Shown piece by piece: positions 18,808 to 28,119 of a stretch of 64,000 bases of DNA; position 1 is the first letter of the stretch, and each line of letters starts with the position of its first letter. The stretch covers positions 5,586-69,585 of the forward strand of contig JBDHUG010000012.1 in assembly GCA_039809045.1 (NCBI GenBank), read 5' to 3'. Source of the stretch: Gemmatales bacterium. GTDB lineage: Bacteria > Planctomycetota > Planctomycetia > Gemmatales > HRBIN36. The notes beneath the pieces were generated by a model that did no database searches, was not told the origin of the DNA, and saw nothing but the letters and a program-made list of their open reading frames with translations. The position numbers were made by a program, and so were the translations under genes.

Positions 18808-20082
18808 ATGTTTATCGATACGGGCATTCACCTATTACGTTTAGGCCTTAAGAACATTCTTGTGCACCGCCTACGCTCCGCGCTAACGGTACTGGGCATT
18901 ATTTTAGGTGTCGCTTCGGTGATTATCATGCTGGCCGTCGGTGAAGCCGCCCGATTTCAGGCATTAAGTCAAATTGAACAATTAGGTGCCACTAATATCA
19001 TCGTGCGCAGCGTCAAACCGTTGGATAAGCCCAAGCAATCGAATCAACGTCAACTGCTATTGAGTTACGGTTTGAAGTTCGCTGACCTGGAGAAAATCGA
19101 GCAGATTCCCCATGTGCGTTCGATAACGCCCCTGCGTGAGTTTAGGCGAGACATCTGCTTTCAGAATCAAAAGCTATCAGGCCGGGTTGTGGCCGTCATG
19201 CCTGGATATCTGGAAGCGAACGGCCTCAAAATCGCTCAAGGGCGCTGGTTGACTCAACGCGATCATGAACTCATCGCCAACAATGCCGTGATCGGTTCGG
19301 AAACGGCTAGCCGATTATTTCCATTTCAAGACCCTATTGGTAAAGCTGTCACCGTCAACAATCTGTCTTTCGTCGTTGTTGGCGTGACGGAAAAGCGGGC
19401 TGCCTCAGCCGGGGTAGGCAGCAGCCTTTCCGCACAAGATTACAATCGCGATATTTACATACCGTTTGCCACCGATCAGGCACGCGTAGGCAAAATGCTC
19501 TTTCAAATGCGTGCCGGTTCGATTGAGTTTGAAATGCTGGAAATGAGTCAGGTGAGCCTGGCCATCGACCGTATCGAAAACGTGCGACGAACGGCCGAAG
19601 TCATTCAAGACCTGATGGATCGTTATCATCCCGATCAAGACGTTGCTGTCGTTATCCCATTGGACCTGATCGAAAAGGCCGAGCAAACCCAACGATTGTT
19701 TACGATGGTTTTAGGTGCTATCGCATCGATTTCGTTAATGGTCGGCGGCATCGGCATCATGAACATCATGCTAGCCACCGTTACCGAACGCACCAAAGAA
19801 ATCGGCATCCGCAGGGCGTTAGGCGCCAAGCAAAGAGATATCATTTGGCAATTTCTGACGGAAACCATGGTGCTTTCAAGCGCGGGCGGCATCCTCGGTG
19901 TCGCTTTGGGAGTCGGCGGAGCCATAAGCGTGAACGAGTTCTTTCAATTTCCCACGATCCTTACAACCTGGTCGCTCACTTTGGCCTTTGCTGTGTCCTT
20001 AGTCCTCGGTTTGCTGTTTGGCATTTACCCTGCCATAAGGGCTGCCCACATGGATCCCATTGAAGCATTACGCCACGAATAA
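18808..20082 (+). CDS. MacB-like ABC transporter permease (MacB_PCD + FtsX domains)
   Basis: N-terminal TM (..ALTVLGIILGVASVIIMLAVGEA..), a periplasmic domain and a C-terminal three-TM FtsX-like block. It lies 12 nt after the adaptor gene. Confidence 0.85.
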   Translation: MFIDTGIHLLRLGLKNILVHRLRSALTVLGIILGVASVIIMLAVGEAARFQALSQIEQLGATNIIVRSVKPLDKPKQSNQRQLLLSYGLKFADLEKIEQIPHVRSITPLREFRRDICFQNQKLSGRVVAVMPGYLEANGLKIAQGRWLTQRDHELIANNAVIGSETASRLFPFQDPIGKAVTVNNLSFVVVGVTEKRAASAGVGSSLSAQDYNRDIYIPFATDQARVGKMLFQMRAGSIEFEMLEMSQVSLAIDRIENVRRTAEVIQDLMDRYHPDQDVAVVIPLDLIEKAEQTQRLFTMVLGAIASISLMVGGIGIMNIMLATVTERTKEIGIRRALGAKQRDIIWQFLTETMVLSSAGGILGVALGVGGAISVNEFFQFPTILTTWSLTLAFAVSLVLGLLFGIYPAIRAAHMDPIEALRHE

Positions 20083-20157
20083 GCGGATCCTTTTCCCTGG
20101 AACCTTTGGTTTAAGTTCATCATCATACCAGTGTTTCGCATTCATAGTGAGGTTAAG

Positions 20158-21516
20158 ATGATTCCTTTGTTGCGATGCATTTGCTGCATGCTCTGGCTGC
20201 TACCAAGCATGCTGACTGCCCAAACAACCAAGCCGAATCTCGTGATCATGATGACTGATGATCAACGCGCAGATGCGTTGAGCTGCGCCGGCAACACCGT
20301 TTTAAGCACCCCCAACCTGGACCGAATTGCGACCGAAGGCATCCGCTTTCGCAACATGTTCGTGACGAATGCTCTCTGTGCGCCAAGCCGCGCGACCTTG
20401 CTCACTGGTATGTATGCGCATCGCCATGGCGTTGTCGATAATATGAACCGTCAACTCAAACCCGACCAGCGAACGCTGGCCGAGGAATTACAGGATGCAG
20501 GGTATGAGGTGGCATTTTGCGGAAAATCGCACATGAAAGGTGCGTTGCGTGATCGCCCCTGGGATTATTACTTCGGCTATCAGGGCCAAGGTCAGTATTT
20601 ACAGCCGCGCATTGCCGAGGGAGTTAAAGGTCAAGATGAAATCCATCAAGGATACATGGATGACATCGTAACCGCCAAGGCGATCGCTTGGCTGAAACAA
20701 CCGCGTACCAAGCCTTTTTGTCTGTTCTTGTTTTTTAAGGCGCCGCACCGTTCCTGGGTCCGTGCTCCACGTCATCAAAATCTATTCGCGAATATTACAG
20801 TTCCAAAACCTGCCACCTTTGACGACGCAGGTGTTGGGAAGCCCAGAGCATTTCTGGAGGCCAAGAACAAAATCGGCATGTTTAAAGATGTCACCGATTA
20901 TCAATCGTTTATGAAGGATTATTATTCGACCATCACCGCCGTAGATGAAAACGTTGGCCTTTTGCTCAATGCACTTACGGATCTCAAGCAGTTAGATCAA
21001 ACAGCCATCTTGTTTACCTCGGACAACGGCTTTTTCCTAGGTGAATGGCAACGCTTCGACAAACGTTTCATGCACGAACCGTCTATTCGCGTGCCTTTGC
21101 TTATTCGATATCCCAAACTCGTCAAAGCTGGATCGCTCTCCGATCGTATGGCGTTGAACATCGACATCGCGCCGACGCTGATGGAACTGGCAGGCGCGAA
21201 AATTCCAGACTACATGCAAGGGTGCAGCCTCGTGCCATTGCTGAAGGAACCACATGCACCCTTTCGGAAAGATTGGCTCTATGCCTATTATGAATATCCA
21301 GACCCCTCGCATGAAGTTCGCAAGCAAAGAGGCGTTCGCACGGAACGATACAAGCTTATTCACTATTTCGATCCGCCTGAAGCATTTGAGTTGTACGATT
21401 TGGAAAAAGACCCGGAAGAACGATTCAATCTATACAGCAAACCCGAATGGGCTGAGTTGGAGATGCAACTCAAGCAACGTTTGGAAGCATTACGCAAGGA
21501 AATGGGTGAACAATAG
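20158..21516 (+). CDS. formylglycine-dependent sulfatase
   Basis: ATG at 20158 is preceded by GAGG. Signal peptide and sulfatase signature CAPSRATLLTG. About 452 aa. Confidence 0.9.
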   Translation: MIPLLRCICCMLWLLPSMLTAQTTKPNLVIMMTDDQRADALSCAGNTVLSTPNLDRIATEGIRFRNMFVTNALCAPSRATLLTGMYAHRHGVVDNMNRQLKPDQRTLAEELQDAGYEVAFCGKSHMKGALRDRPWDYYFGYQGQGQYLQPRIAEGVKGQDEIHQGYMDDIVTAKAIAWLKQPRTKPFCLFLFFKAPHRSWVRAPRHQNLFANITVPKPATFDDAGVGKPRAFLEAKNKIGMFKDVTDYQSFMKDYYSTITAVDENVGLLLNALTDLKQLDQTAILFTSDNGFFLGEWQRFDKRFMHEPSIRVPLLIRYPKLVKAGSLSDRMALNIDIAPTLMELAGAKIPDYMQGCSLVPLLKEPHAPFRKDWLYAYYEYPDPSHEVRKQRGVRTERYKLIHYFDPPEAFELYDLEKDPEERFNLYSKPEWAELEMQLKQRLEALRKEMGEQ

Positions 21517-21579
21517 CCAGCTGCAATGTAATTTGATTTTTTCGCAACGTCCCTTCAGTTGTTGGGATTGGGAGTTAAT

Positions 21580-22155
21580 ATGTCACCAAGCCGTGATCAA
21601 GCATTAAACCTAGTGAAGGCATACACGACCAATGTTGGCTTAATCAAACACATGTTGGCTGTTGAAATTGCCATGCGAGCTTACGCCAGGCAACTGCAGG
21701 AAGACGAGGAAAAATGGGGCATGGTTGGTTTGTTGCACGATTTTGATTACGAGCGCTGGCCTGACCCACCCGATCATCCTTTGCAAGGAGCGAAAATTCT
21801 GGCTGAACAAGGTTATCCAGAAGATGTCATCTATGCCATCAAAACGCATGCCGATTATTTGCCGGACTGCCCAAGGCTACGTCCGATTGAAAAAGCACTC
21901 TTTGCCTGTGATGAATTGTGCGGTTTTATCTCAGCCTGTGCCCTCGTTCGTCCAGAAGGCCTGCGAGGAATGACCGCCAGCAACGTACGTAAGAAAATGA
22001 AGAACAAAACGTTTGCGGCCAAGGTCAAGCGGGAAGACATCATTACAGGAGCAGCTGATTTCGGTGTTGATTTGGACACCCATATCCAATTTGTCATTGA
22101 TGCGCTATTGCCGCATGCGGATGATCTGGGACTAACCAAAGGACTGGGATCGTAA
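21580..22155 (+). CDS. HD-domain (HDIG-like) phosphohydrolase
   Basis: ATG at 21580 is preceded by GGGAG. H...HD motif (..GLLHDFDYERW..) and a later H/D block (..IKTHADY..). Confidence 0.8.
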   Translation: MSPSRDQALNLVKAYTTNVGLIKHMLAVEIAMRAYARQLQEDEEKWGMVGLLHDFDYERWPDPPDHPLQGAKILAEQGYPEDVIYAIKTHADYLPDCPRLRPIEKALFACDELCGFISACALVRPEGLRGMTASNVRKKMKNKTFAAKVKREDIITGAADFGVDLDTHIQFVIDALLPHADDLGLTKGLGS

Positions 22156-22265
22156 GGCGTGTTATAAAATCGGGGGTGCAAGCAGATTGTTGATTGCATC
22201 CTCAATCTTGGTCCATGAAAATAGAGTTAGTTTGACCTTAGTCTAGAAAAATCAAAGAGCAAAGT

Positions 22266-22799
22266 ATGCCTATTCAATTTCGCTGTGGCAATTGCAAACA
22301 ACTCCTAGGCATCGCCCGACGCAAGGCAGGCGCGGTGGTTGCATGCCCGACTTGTGGTGGAAAAACCATCGTTCCAAGAACCCCAGAGAACGGCTCATCG
22401 TTAGAGCCCAATGAAGGCAAAAAAGGTCATGCTGCTGCCCCTAAGCCTGGTTCGTTTTCGTTGCTTGAACGCGTCGATGTCGAAAAATTGCTGAGCAATC
22501 CCATCAATCAGCCATCCGCACCAGCAGGCGGTGGCAAGGCGGCCATTGCTGATCCCTTAGAGATGAAAGCGCTGCCCGCTGCTTCGGCGACTGTTCAACC
22601 GAATGCCGCTAAGCCGGCTTCGATACCGTTGATTCCCATCGATGATGACGATGATGTGCCAATGGCCTTGTCCGAGTTGGCACAACCGCCAACGTTATTC
22701 CGTGTCACACCTGCACGAGCCATTTTCATGCTTTTCGTGTTTTTGCTCAGTGTGTCAGGTAGCTTTCTGCTAGGCATGTGGGTTGGATCATTAAAATAA
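22266..22799 (+). CDS. zinc-ribbon membrane protein, function unknown
   Basis: N-terminal CxxC...CxxC (CGNCKQ...CPTCGG), a low-complexity Ala/Pro linker and a C-terminal TM helix. Confidence 0.55.
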   Translation: MPIQFRCGNCKQLLGIARRKAGAVVACPTCGGKTIVPRTPENGSSLEPNEGKKGHAAAPKPGSFSLLERVDVEKLLSNPINQPSAPAGGGKAAIADPLEMKALPAASATVQPNAAKPASIPLIPIDDDDDVPMALSELAQPPTLFRVTPARAIFMLFVFLLSVSGSFLLGMWVGSLK

Positions 22800-22848
22800 G
22801 CGGCCACGATTTCATTACGAAACTGCCCTAAAGCAAAGGGATTCATGG

Positions 22849-25287
22849 ATGGTCAAGGAGTTTCGATTCCTACCACAAGCACGGATCATACCTTGGACAA
22901 CACCTGTGCATGGGTTGTTGGTGTTGCTGCTGCTTGTATTTCCCTTGCTGCTCCATTCAGCCTGGGCCGACTACGTTTATATGACCGATGGCTTTACGCT
23001 CTATGGTAAGGTTGAAAAAGAAGGCCGTTACATCGAAGATCCTAGCGGGATTGACATCTGGGTTCCCAATGCTGGTTACCTGGTTGACGACCAGGCGCGG
23101 CGCGTCTTCTTCAGCTACAAACTGGTCGCTGAAGCTCAGAAGGATCCTCCCAATCATAAGTCGGATTTAGAAACTTTTACGTTGAAGCAACCTTTCAATC
23201 CGTTTAAGCCATTGATTCCCAACGTCGTTTTCGAAAAAGCGGAGCCATGGCAAAAGAACGGTGAACGCAAACTGCAGCTTCGAACCCCCCTACCGTTAAC
23301 CGTCGAGCAATTCGTTGTCAAAGTCTCACCACTCGCCGTCCGTACGCAAGCGCGCTTGCATCGCTGGTTCACAGGCATGTTGCCCAGCGAATTTCAACCG
23401 CAAGAATTGTTGGACATATTGCGCACCCATCCAGATGCACTGGGCAAGGAACCTGAAAGTGCCTCCTCCCGCATCAGGCTATTCCGTTTTTGCATGCAAG
23501 CGGGATGGTACGAAGAAGCTGAGGCAGAACGCTCAGCCCTGATAAAAAAATTCCCCGAGATGGAACCGGAGTTGGAAAGTCTGACCAAGGAATTACGCCG
23601 CCTTCAAGCTTTGCAGGCGGACCAGAACATTCAACGAGCGATACGGACAGGCCAGTTTGTTCGACTGCAACAATTGCTGCAAACGAGTAAGGAAGAAGGT
23701 GCTAGCGATGCCGTTCGCACCCGCATGCGTAATGCCAAAACCTTATGGCAAGACCTGAATGCACAATTGGAAGCTGCCCGTCGCCAATTGACACTCGTGC
23801 GCAAACGTGTTGCCCAACCCGGTCTTATTGCAGAATGGACGGAAGTGCTTGATGAAATTGAGAAAGGCCTCAACCTGGAAACGTGCCAGCGATTGGATGT
23901 GTTCACCACCCTATCCCACCAGGAAGACAAACGATCTGAACGCAAGCAACCCAGCGAATACAAACCCGAACAATTACTCGCCTTGGCGGTTTCGGGTTGG
24001 ATCATGGGAGCCAAAGGTTCAGAACCCAACGTCGTATATGCCACTCGTTTGTGCAAAGCTCGCTCAATGGTCTTGCAATACCTGAAAGCCGAGAGCAAGG
24101 AACTTCGTGATAAACAACTTTATGAGTATCAGTTAAACAATCCCCTTCGCGTGGATGAAATGGCGCAGCTCATAGAACTGCTGCCACCACCGCTGGCCAA
24201 CAAGGAACCAAGCCAGGAATTGACCAAAGAACATCAAACACCCATTACCAAGGAATGGCCCAAGGGCGTGACTTATCACGTTCAGCGCCCTCCCGAATAT
24301 CACCAACATCGACCTTATCCTGTGCTGGTCGTGCTCCCTGACCCGGGATTAAGCGACTATGGCGATGCACTGCAATGCACTCGCGAGCATATCCAGCAAC
24401 TTTGGGGACCTGCCGCTGGCGAGCATGGCTATTTGCTCGTTATCCCAGAATGGTTAGCTGCAAACCAAAAAACGTACCGAGGCACCTTGCGTGAACAGGA
24501 AGCCGTGCTCGAAGTCATTCGCGATGTGCGGCGCCGCTACTTCGTTGATGGCGAGCGCATCTGCCTGGCTGGCTTCCATCAAGCAGGCACCTTGGCTTAC
24601 GATTTGGGGTTATCCTTTCCAGACCGCTTTGCTGCCGTTGCCATCATCTGCGGCAAACCCAGCAAATTGGCCAAAATGTTACGCACCAACGGACAGTATC
24701 TCCCCTTTTATCTTGTCGATGGAGAAAAGAACTTTGACAGCCCCAAAGAGAACAAGGGCATCATCGATTATTGGATCCAGCGCAGCTTCCCCAGCATTTT
24801 TGTCGAATACTATGGCCGAGGATTTGAACGCTATGAACAAGAAATTCCCCTAATCGTCGATTGGATGAGCCGTAAACAACGCTCGCGCGGTTTGCCTGAA
24901 TTGGGTCGTGAGGACATGACCAAAACCAATCTCGGCGATGAAATCAAGAGTATTCGTACCAGCGATCAACGCTTTTATTGGATTACCAGCAGTGATTTGT
25001 CAGGGTCATTGAATCGCCCGGCCATGTTAACCGCCAAGCAGATCCGCGGCAATGAGTTTGTTATTCGAGCAGCAGGGTTTAAGCAATTAAGCGTTTGGCT
25101 GCATTCCAGCATGGTTGATTTCGAAATCCCTGTTGAAATTCGGCTCAATCCGGGATCGACGTACGGTCAGACGTATAAACAATTGGTACAGCCCAGTTTG
25201 AACGTGATGCTTGATGACTTCTATGAGCGCGGTGATCGCAAGAATTTGTATATGGGCCGGGTTGACTTCGACCTCCAGCGACGGTAA
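22849..25287 (+). CDS. large secreted/anchored protein with helical repeat region and C-terminal alpha/beta-hydrolase-like (esterase-like) domain lacking the nucleophile Ser
   Basis: N-terminal hydrophobic leader. The C-terminal block (..PVLVVLPD..GYLLVIPEW..ERICLAGFHQAGTLAYDLG..FAAVAIICG..) resembles PHB-depolymerase/carboxylesterase folds, but the GxSxG elbow reads G-F-H-Q-A-G. Confidence 0.55.
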   Translation: MVKEFRFLPQARIIPWTTPVHGLLVLLLLVFPLLLHSAWADYVYMTDGFTLYGKVEKEGRYIEDPSGIDIWVPNAGYLVDDQARRVFFSYKLVAEAQKDPPNHKSDLETFTLKQPFNPFKPLIPNVVFEKAEPWQKNGERKLQLRTPLPLTVEQFVVKVSPLAVRTQARLHRWFTGMLPSEFQPQELLDILRTHPDALGKEPESASSRIRLFRFCMQAGWYEEAEAERSALIKKFPEMEPELESLTKELRRLQALQADQNIQRAIRTGQFVRLQQLLQTSKEEGASDAVRTRMRNAKTLWQDLNAQLEAARRQLTLVRKRVAQPGLIAEWTEVLDEIEKGLNLETCQRLDVFTTLSHQEDKRSERKQPSEYKPEQLLALAVSGWIMGAKGSEPNVVYATRLCKARSMVLQYLKAESKELRDKQLYEYQLNNPLRVDEMAQLIELLPPPLANKEPSQELTKEHQTPITKEWPKGVTYHVQRPPEYHQHRPYPVLVVLPDPGLSDYGDALQCTREHIQQLWGPAAGEHGYLLVIPEWLAANQKTYRGTLREQEAVLEVIRDVRRRYFVDGERICLAGFHQAGTLAYDLGLSFPDRFAAVAIICGKPSKLAKMLRTNGQYLPFYLVDGEKNFDSPKENKGIIDYWIQRSFPSIFVEYYGRGFERYEQEIPLIVDWMSRKQRSRGLPELGREDMTKTNLGDEIKSIRTSDQRFYWITSSDLSGSLNRPAMLTAKQIRGNEFVIRAAGFKQLSVWLHSSMVDFEIPVEIRLNPGSTYGQTYKQLVQPSLNVMLDDFYERGDRKNLYMGRVDFDLQRR

Positions 25288-25494
25288 AGCACACTACCGA
25301 ATCCGTTCATTGCTTCGCTTGATTCTTTGAATCCAATCTTAGTCTTCACGAACGGACTTTACAAAGCTGTTACATTCATTTCTCGTCGATCCCGTTAGAA
25401 TGGGATCGTTGCTGCATGGTCAGCAAATCATCCATAGACACAGCGTGAAACACGCATGAAGTACCTTGTGTATTTTTTTGGGAAAGGAAGAACC

Positions 25495-27294
25495 ATGAAT
25501 CGTCGTAGTCTTTTTGTATTAGCGTGGTTGATCACAACCCCGATTTGGGTTTATTGCAGCGAACCCAAGATCATCACTAAAGAAACCACCAGCCGGATCG
25601 TCAGCGTGACGGTTTACCGCACGAACGCATTGATTACACGTGAAGTCGATGTTCCGGAGGGAATTGGCACTTTTGAATTGGAAATCAAAGGCTTGCCACA
25701 CGCTGTTCAGCATGAATCGCTTTATTCGGAAGCTTTAAATGGCACGCGCATTCTGGCCACGCGTTCCCGAACCAGGGTCGTCGCTGAAGACACCCGCGAA
25801 GAAGTGCGCACATTGCAGAATAAACTGAAAGAACTGCAAGCCATCAGCGACCGCATGCAAAGCGAAATCACCACACTCGAGCAAAACATGCAAACCTTGA
25901 CAAAGCTAGAAGCCTTCACGGCGGCCACCTTGCAGCAAATCACCGACAAAGGCTTGATGAACAGCGAAGCCACCATCAAATTAGCGGAGTTCATCATGAA
26001 CACCCGCAAACAACGAGCAGCCGATGTCGTGACCTTGAAACAACAAAAAGCTACCAATCAAGAGCAGATCGATTTTACCCAACGGCAATTAAAAACGGTC
26101 TCAACGCGTGGAGGACGGACTGAAAATGATGCGATCATCGTTGTAGATAAAGTTGGCCAGGCTGCAACCAAAGTCCGTCTCAATTATTTGGTAACGAATG
26201 CCACTTGGAATCCTCAATACAAATTGCGTGCACAGAAAATGACAGAACCGGTGCAGTTGGAGTATTTGGCCGCTGTGGCACAAGACACGGGTGAAGATTG
26301 GAACAATGTTCAGCTCATCTTATCAACGGCACAACCGATGCTGAATGCTGCTCCCCCCTCCTTGAAAAAGCTGGAAGTGACCGTTGCTCCGGTCATCACG
26401 ACAAGAGTTCCAGCACCTCAAACGGCAGGCCAGGCGGGTCCTGTCAACTACAAGCAACTTGAAATGCAATCCCAGCAATTACGCGGCAAAGCCCAGATGG
26501 AATACAATGCCAATCGAGCATGGGATGCGACAAAGTCGATTAACGACGCTGCAGCCCTGGAGCAATGGTGTGATATCGCCATGCTTCGCGACCAAGAGCC
26601 ACAACGTTTGGAAGAGCAAGACGATCAAAGCACCAGCTTTAAAGAAGGCCCCACGGTTACGTACACGCTTGCTTCGCGTCTGAGCATTCCTTCACGACAA
26701 GACGAGCAAGTGTTGCAAATCACCCGGATTGATCTTGCTCCTGACTTTTACTACAAGGCAGTGCCTGTGCTGACTTCGCATGTCTATCGCCAGGCGAATC
26801 TCGTCAATAAAAGCGATTACGTTCTATTACCAGGCGAAGCAACGATGTATTTCGGAACAGACTTTGTCGGTCGCACCGCTTTGCCCCTCGTGGCCATCGG
26901 CGAGCAGTTCACGGCTGGTTTCGGTGTTGACCCCCAATTGCAAGTACAACGCCGCTTGATTGATAAATCCAAGACCATGCAGGGTGGCAACCAGGTTCAG
27001 CGTTTTGATTACCGCATACTTGTTAATAGCTACAAAGCCCAAGCGATTAAGCTGCAAGTTTGGGATCGCCTGCCTTATTCTGAAAACCAGAATGTTGCTG
27101 TCACTTTGGTGAATCAAACGCCAGACTTGAGTAAAGATCCTTTGTACCTGCGCGAAGAGCGCACCAAGAATCTCTTGCGCTGGGACGTCACGGTCGACCC
27201 CAATACCAACGGCGAAAAGGCGCTGGCGATCAACTATCAATTCAAAGTGGAATTGGATCGGCAAATGCAATTGAGTGCATTTACCACGAAGTAG
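25495..27294 (+). CDS. DUF4140/DUF4139 family protein (TIGR02231-like), function unknown
   Basis: ATG at 25495 is preceded by AAGGAAG. Signal peptide, an N-terminal '..VTVYRTNALITREV..' block, a central coiled-coil, and a C-terminal '..LLPGEATMYFGTDFVGRTALP..' block typical of the family as I recall it. Confidence 0.75.
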   Translation: MNRRSLFVLAWLITTPIWVYCSEPKIITKETTSRIVSVTVYRTNALITREVDVPEGIGTFELEIKGLPHAVQHESLYSEALNGTRILATRSRTRVVAEDTREEVRTLQNKLKELQAISDRMQSEITTLEQNMQTLTKLEAFTAATLQQITDKGLMNSEATIKLAEFIMNTRKQRAADVVTLKQQKATNQEQIDFTQRQLKTVSTRGGRTENDAIIVVDKVGQAATKVRLNYLVTNATWNPQYKLRAQKMTEPVQLEYLAAVAQDTGEDWNNVQLILSTAQPMLNAAPPSLKKLEVTVAPVITTRVPAPQTAGQAGPVNYKQLEMQSQQLRGKAQMEYNANRAWDATKSINDAAALEQWCDIAMLRDQEPQRLEEQDDQSTSFKEGPTVTYTLASRLSIPSRQDEQVLQITRIDLAPDFYYKAVPVLTSHVYRQANLVNKSDYVLLPGEATMYFGTDFVGRTALPLVAIGEQFTAGFGVDPQLQVQRRLIDKSKTMQGGNQVQRFDYRILVNSYKAQAIKLQVWDRLPYSENQNVAVTLVNQTPDLSKDPLYLREERTKNLLRWDVTVDPNTNGEKALAINYQFKVELDRQMQLSAFTTK

Positions 27295-27334
27295 CCAAAC
27301 GGCCCCGTAAGCAAAACCTTACGTTATAATAGGA

Positions 27335-27366
27335 GCAGGTCCCTGACGCGCGGGTCAAGGACCTGC
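27335..27366 (+). terminator. GC-rich hairpin between the DUF4139 gene and the response regulator (terminator or attenuator)
   Basis: 12 paired positions (GCAGGTCC-C-TGAC / GTCA-A-GGACCTGC) with a 6-nt loop. It lies 41 nt after the stop at 27294 and 19 nt before the ATG at 27385. The downstream T-tract is weak (CTTCCATTC). Confidence 0.5.
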
Positions 27367-27384
27367 CTTCCATTCGGGTGAATT

Positions 27385-28119
27385 ATGAACAAACGACGTG
27401 TGGTGGTTGTTGAAGATGATCCAGCCATTCGCCGAGGTGTTTGCGATGCCTTGACGTTGTCTGGCTACGAGTCAGTCCCCGCCGTCGATGGTGACGAAGG
27501 TTTAACCAAAGCCACCACGCCTGGAGTCGATTTAGTTCTTCTTGATTTGCAGTTGCCCAAACGGGATGGGCTTGATGTGCTTGTGGGCTTACGTGAGCAG
27601 AAGCCGACGATACCCGTCATAATTCTGACGGCACGAGGTACGGAAGATGATCGCGTCCGTGGCTTGCAATTGGGTGCGGATGATTATGTCGTAAAGCCGT
27701 TTTCAGCGCGTGAATTGCTAGCTAGGGTGGAAGCCGTGTTGCGGCGCAGTTTACATGCCAGCGATGAATTGCAAACCGCCAAATGGGGCAGGCTCACCAT
27801 TGATTTTACGGTACGCAAGCTCATTCGCTCGAAACAATCCAGTGAGGATATGTCGGAAACCGAAGCCATTTTACTGCATTACTTGCTGTCCCAACGCCAA
27901 CGGGTGGTGAGCCGAGAAGAATTGCTAAGCAGGCTTTGGGGCATGAACGGCAAAGACATTGAAACCCGTACCATCGACATGCATATTGCACGGTTGCGCG
28001 GCAAACTTCGTGAACTCTCAGGCCGCACAGAATCAGAAGCCATCATCACTGTCCGTGCACAAGGATACATGGCTGGCCCAGACTGGATCATTTCTGATAG
28101 TGAGGGAACCTCCTCATGA
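27385..28119 (+). CDS. OmpR/PhoB-family response regulator
   Basis: Receiver domain (VVVVEDD...LVLLDLQLP...K) plus a winged-helix output domain (..IDMHIARLRGKL..). The stop overlaps the kinase start by 4 nt. Confidence 0.9.
   Translation: MNKRRVVVVEDDPAIRRGVCDALTLSGYESVPAVDGDEGLTKATTPGVDLVLLDLQLPKRDGLDVLVGLREQKPTIPVIILTARGTEDDRVRGLQLGADDYVVKPFSARELLARVEAVLRRSLHASDELQTAKWGRLTIDFTVRKLIRSKQSSEDMSETEAILLHYLLSQRQRVVSREELLSRLWGMNGKDIETRTIDMHIARLRGKLRELSGRTESEAIITVRAQGYMAGPDWIISDSEGTSS

Noticed and set aside
25388-25409. 7-bp hairpin CGATCCC/GGGATCG after the 812-aa gene as a terminator
   Set aside because: The stem is short, no U-tract follows, and it lies about 100 nt past the stop. It is too weak to call.
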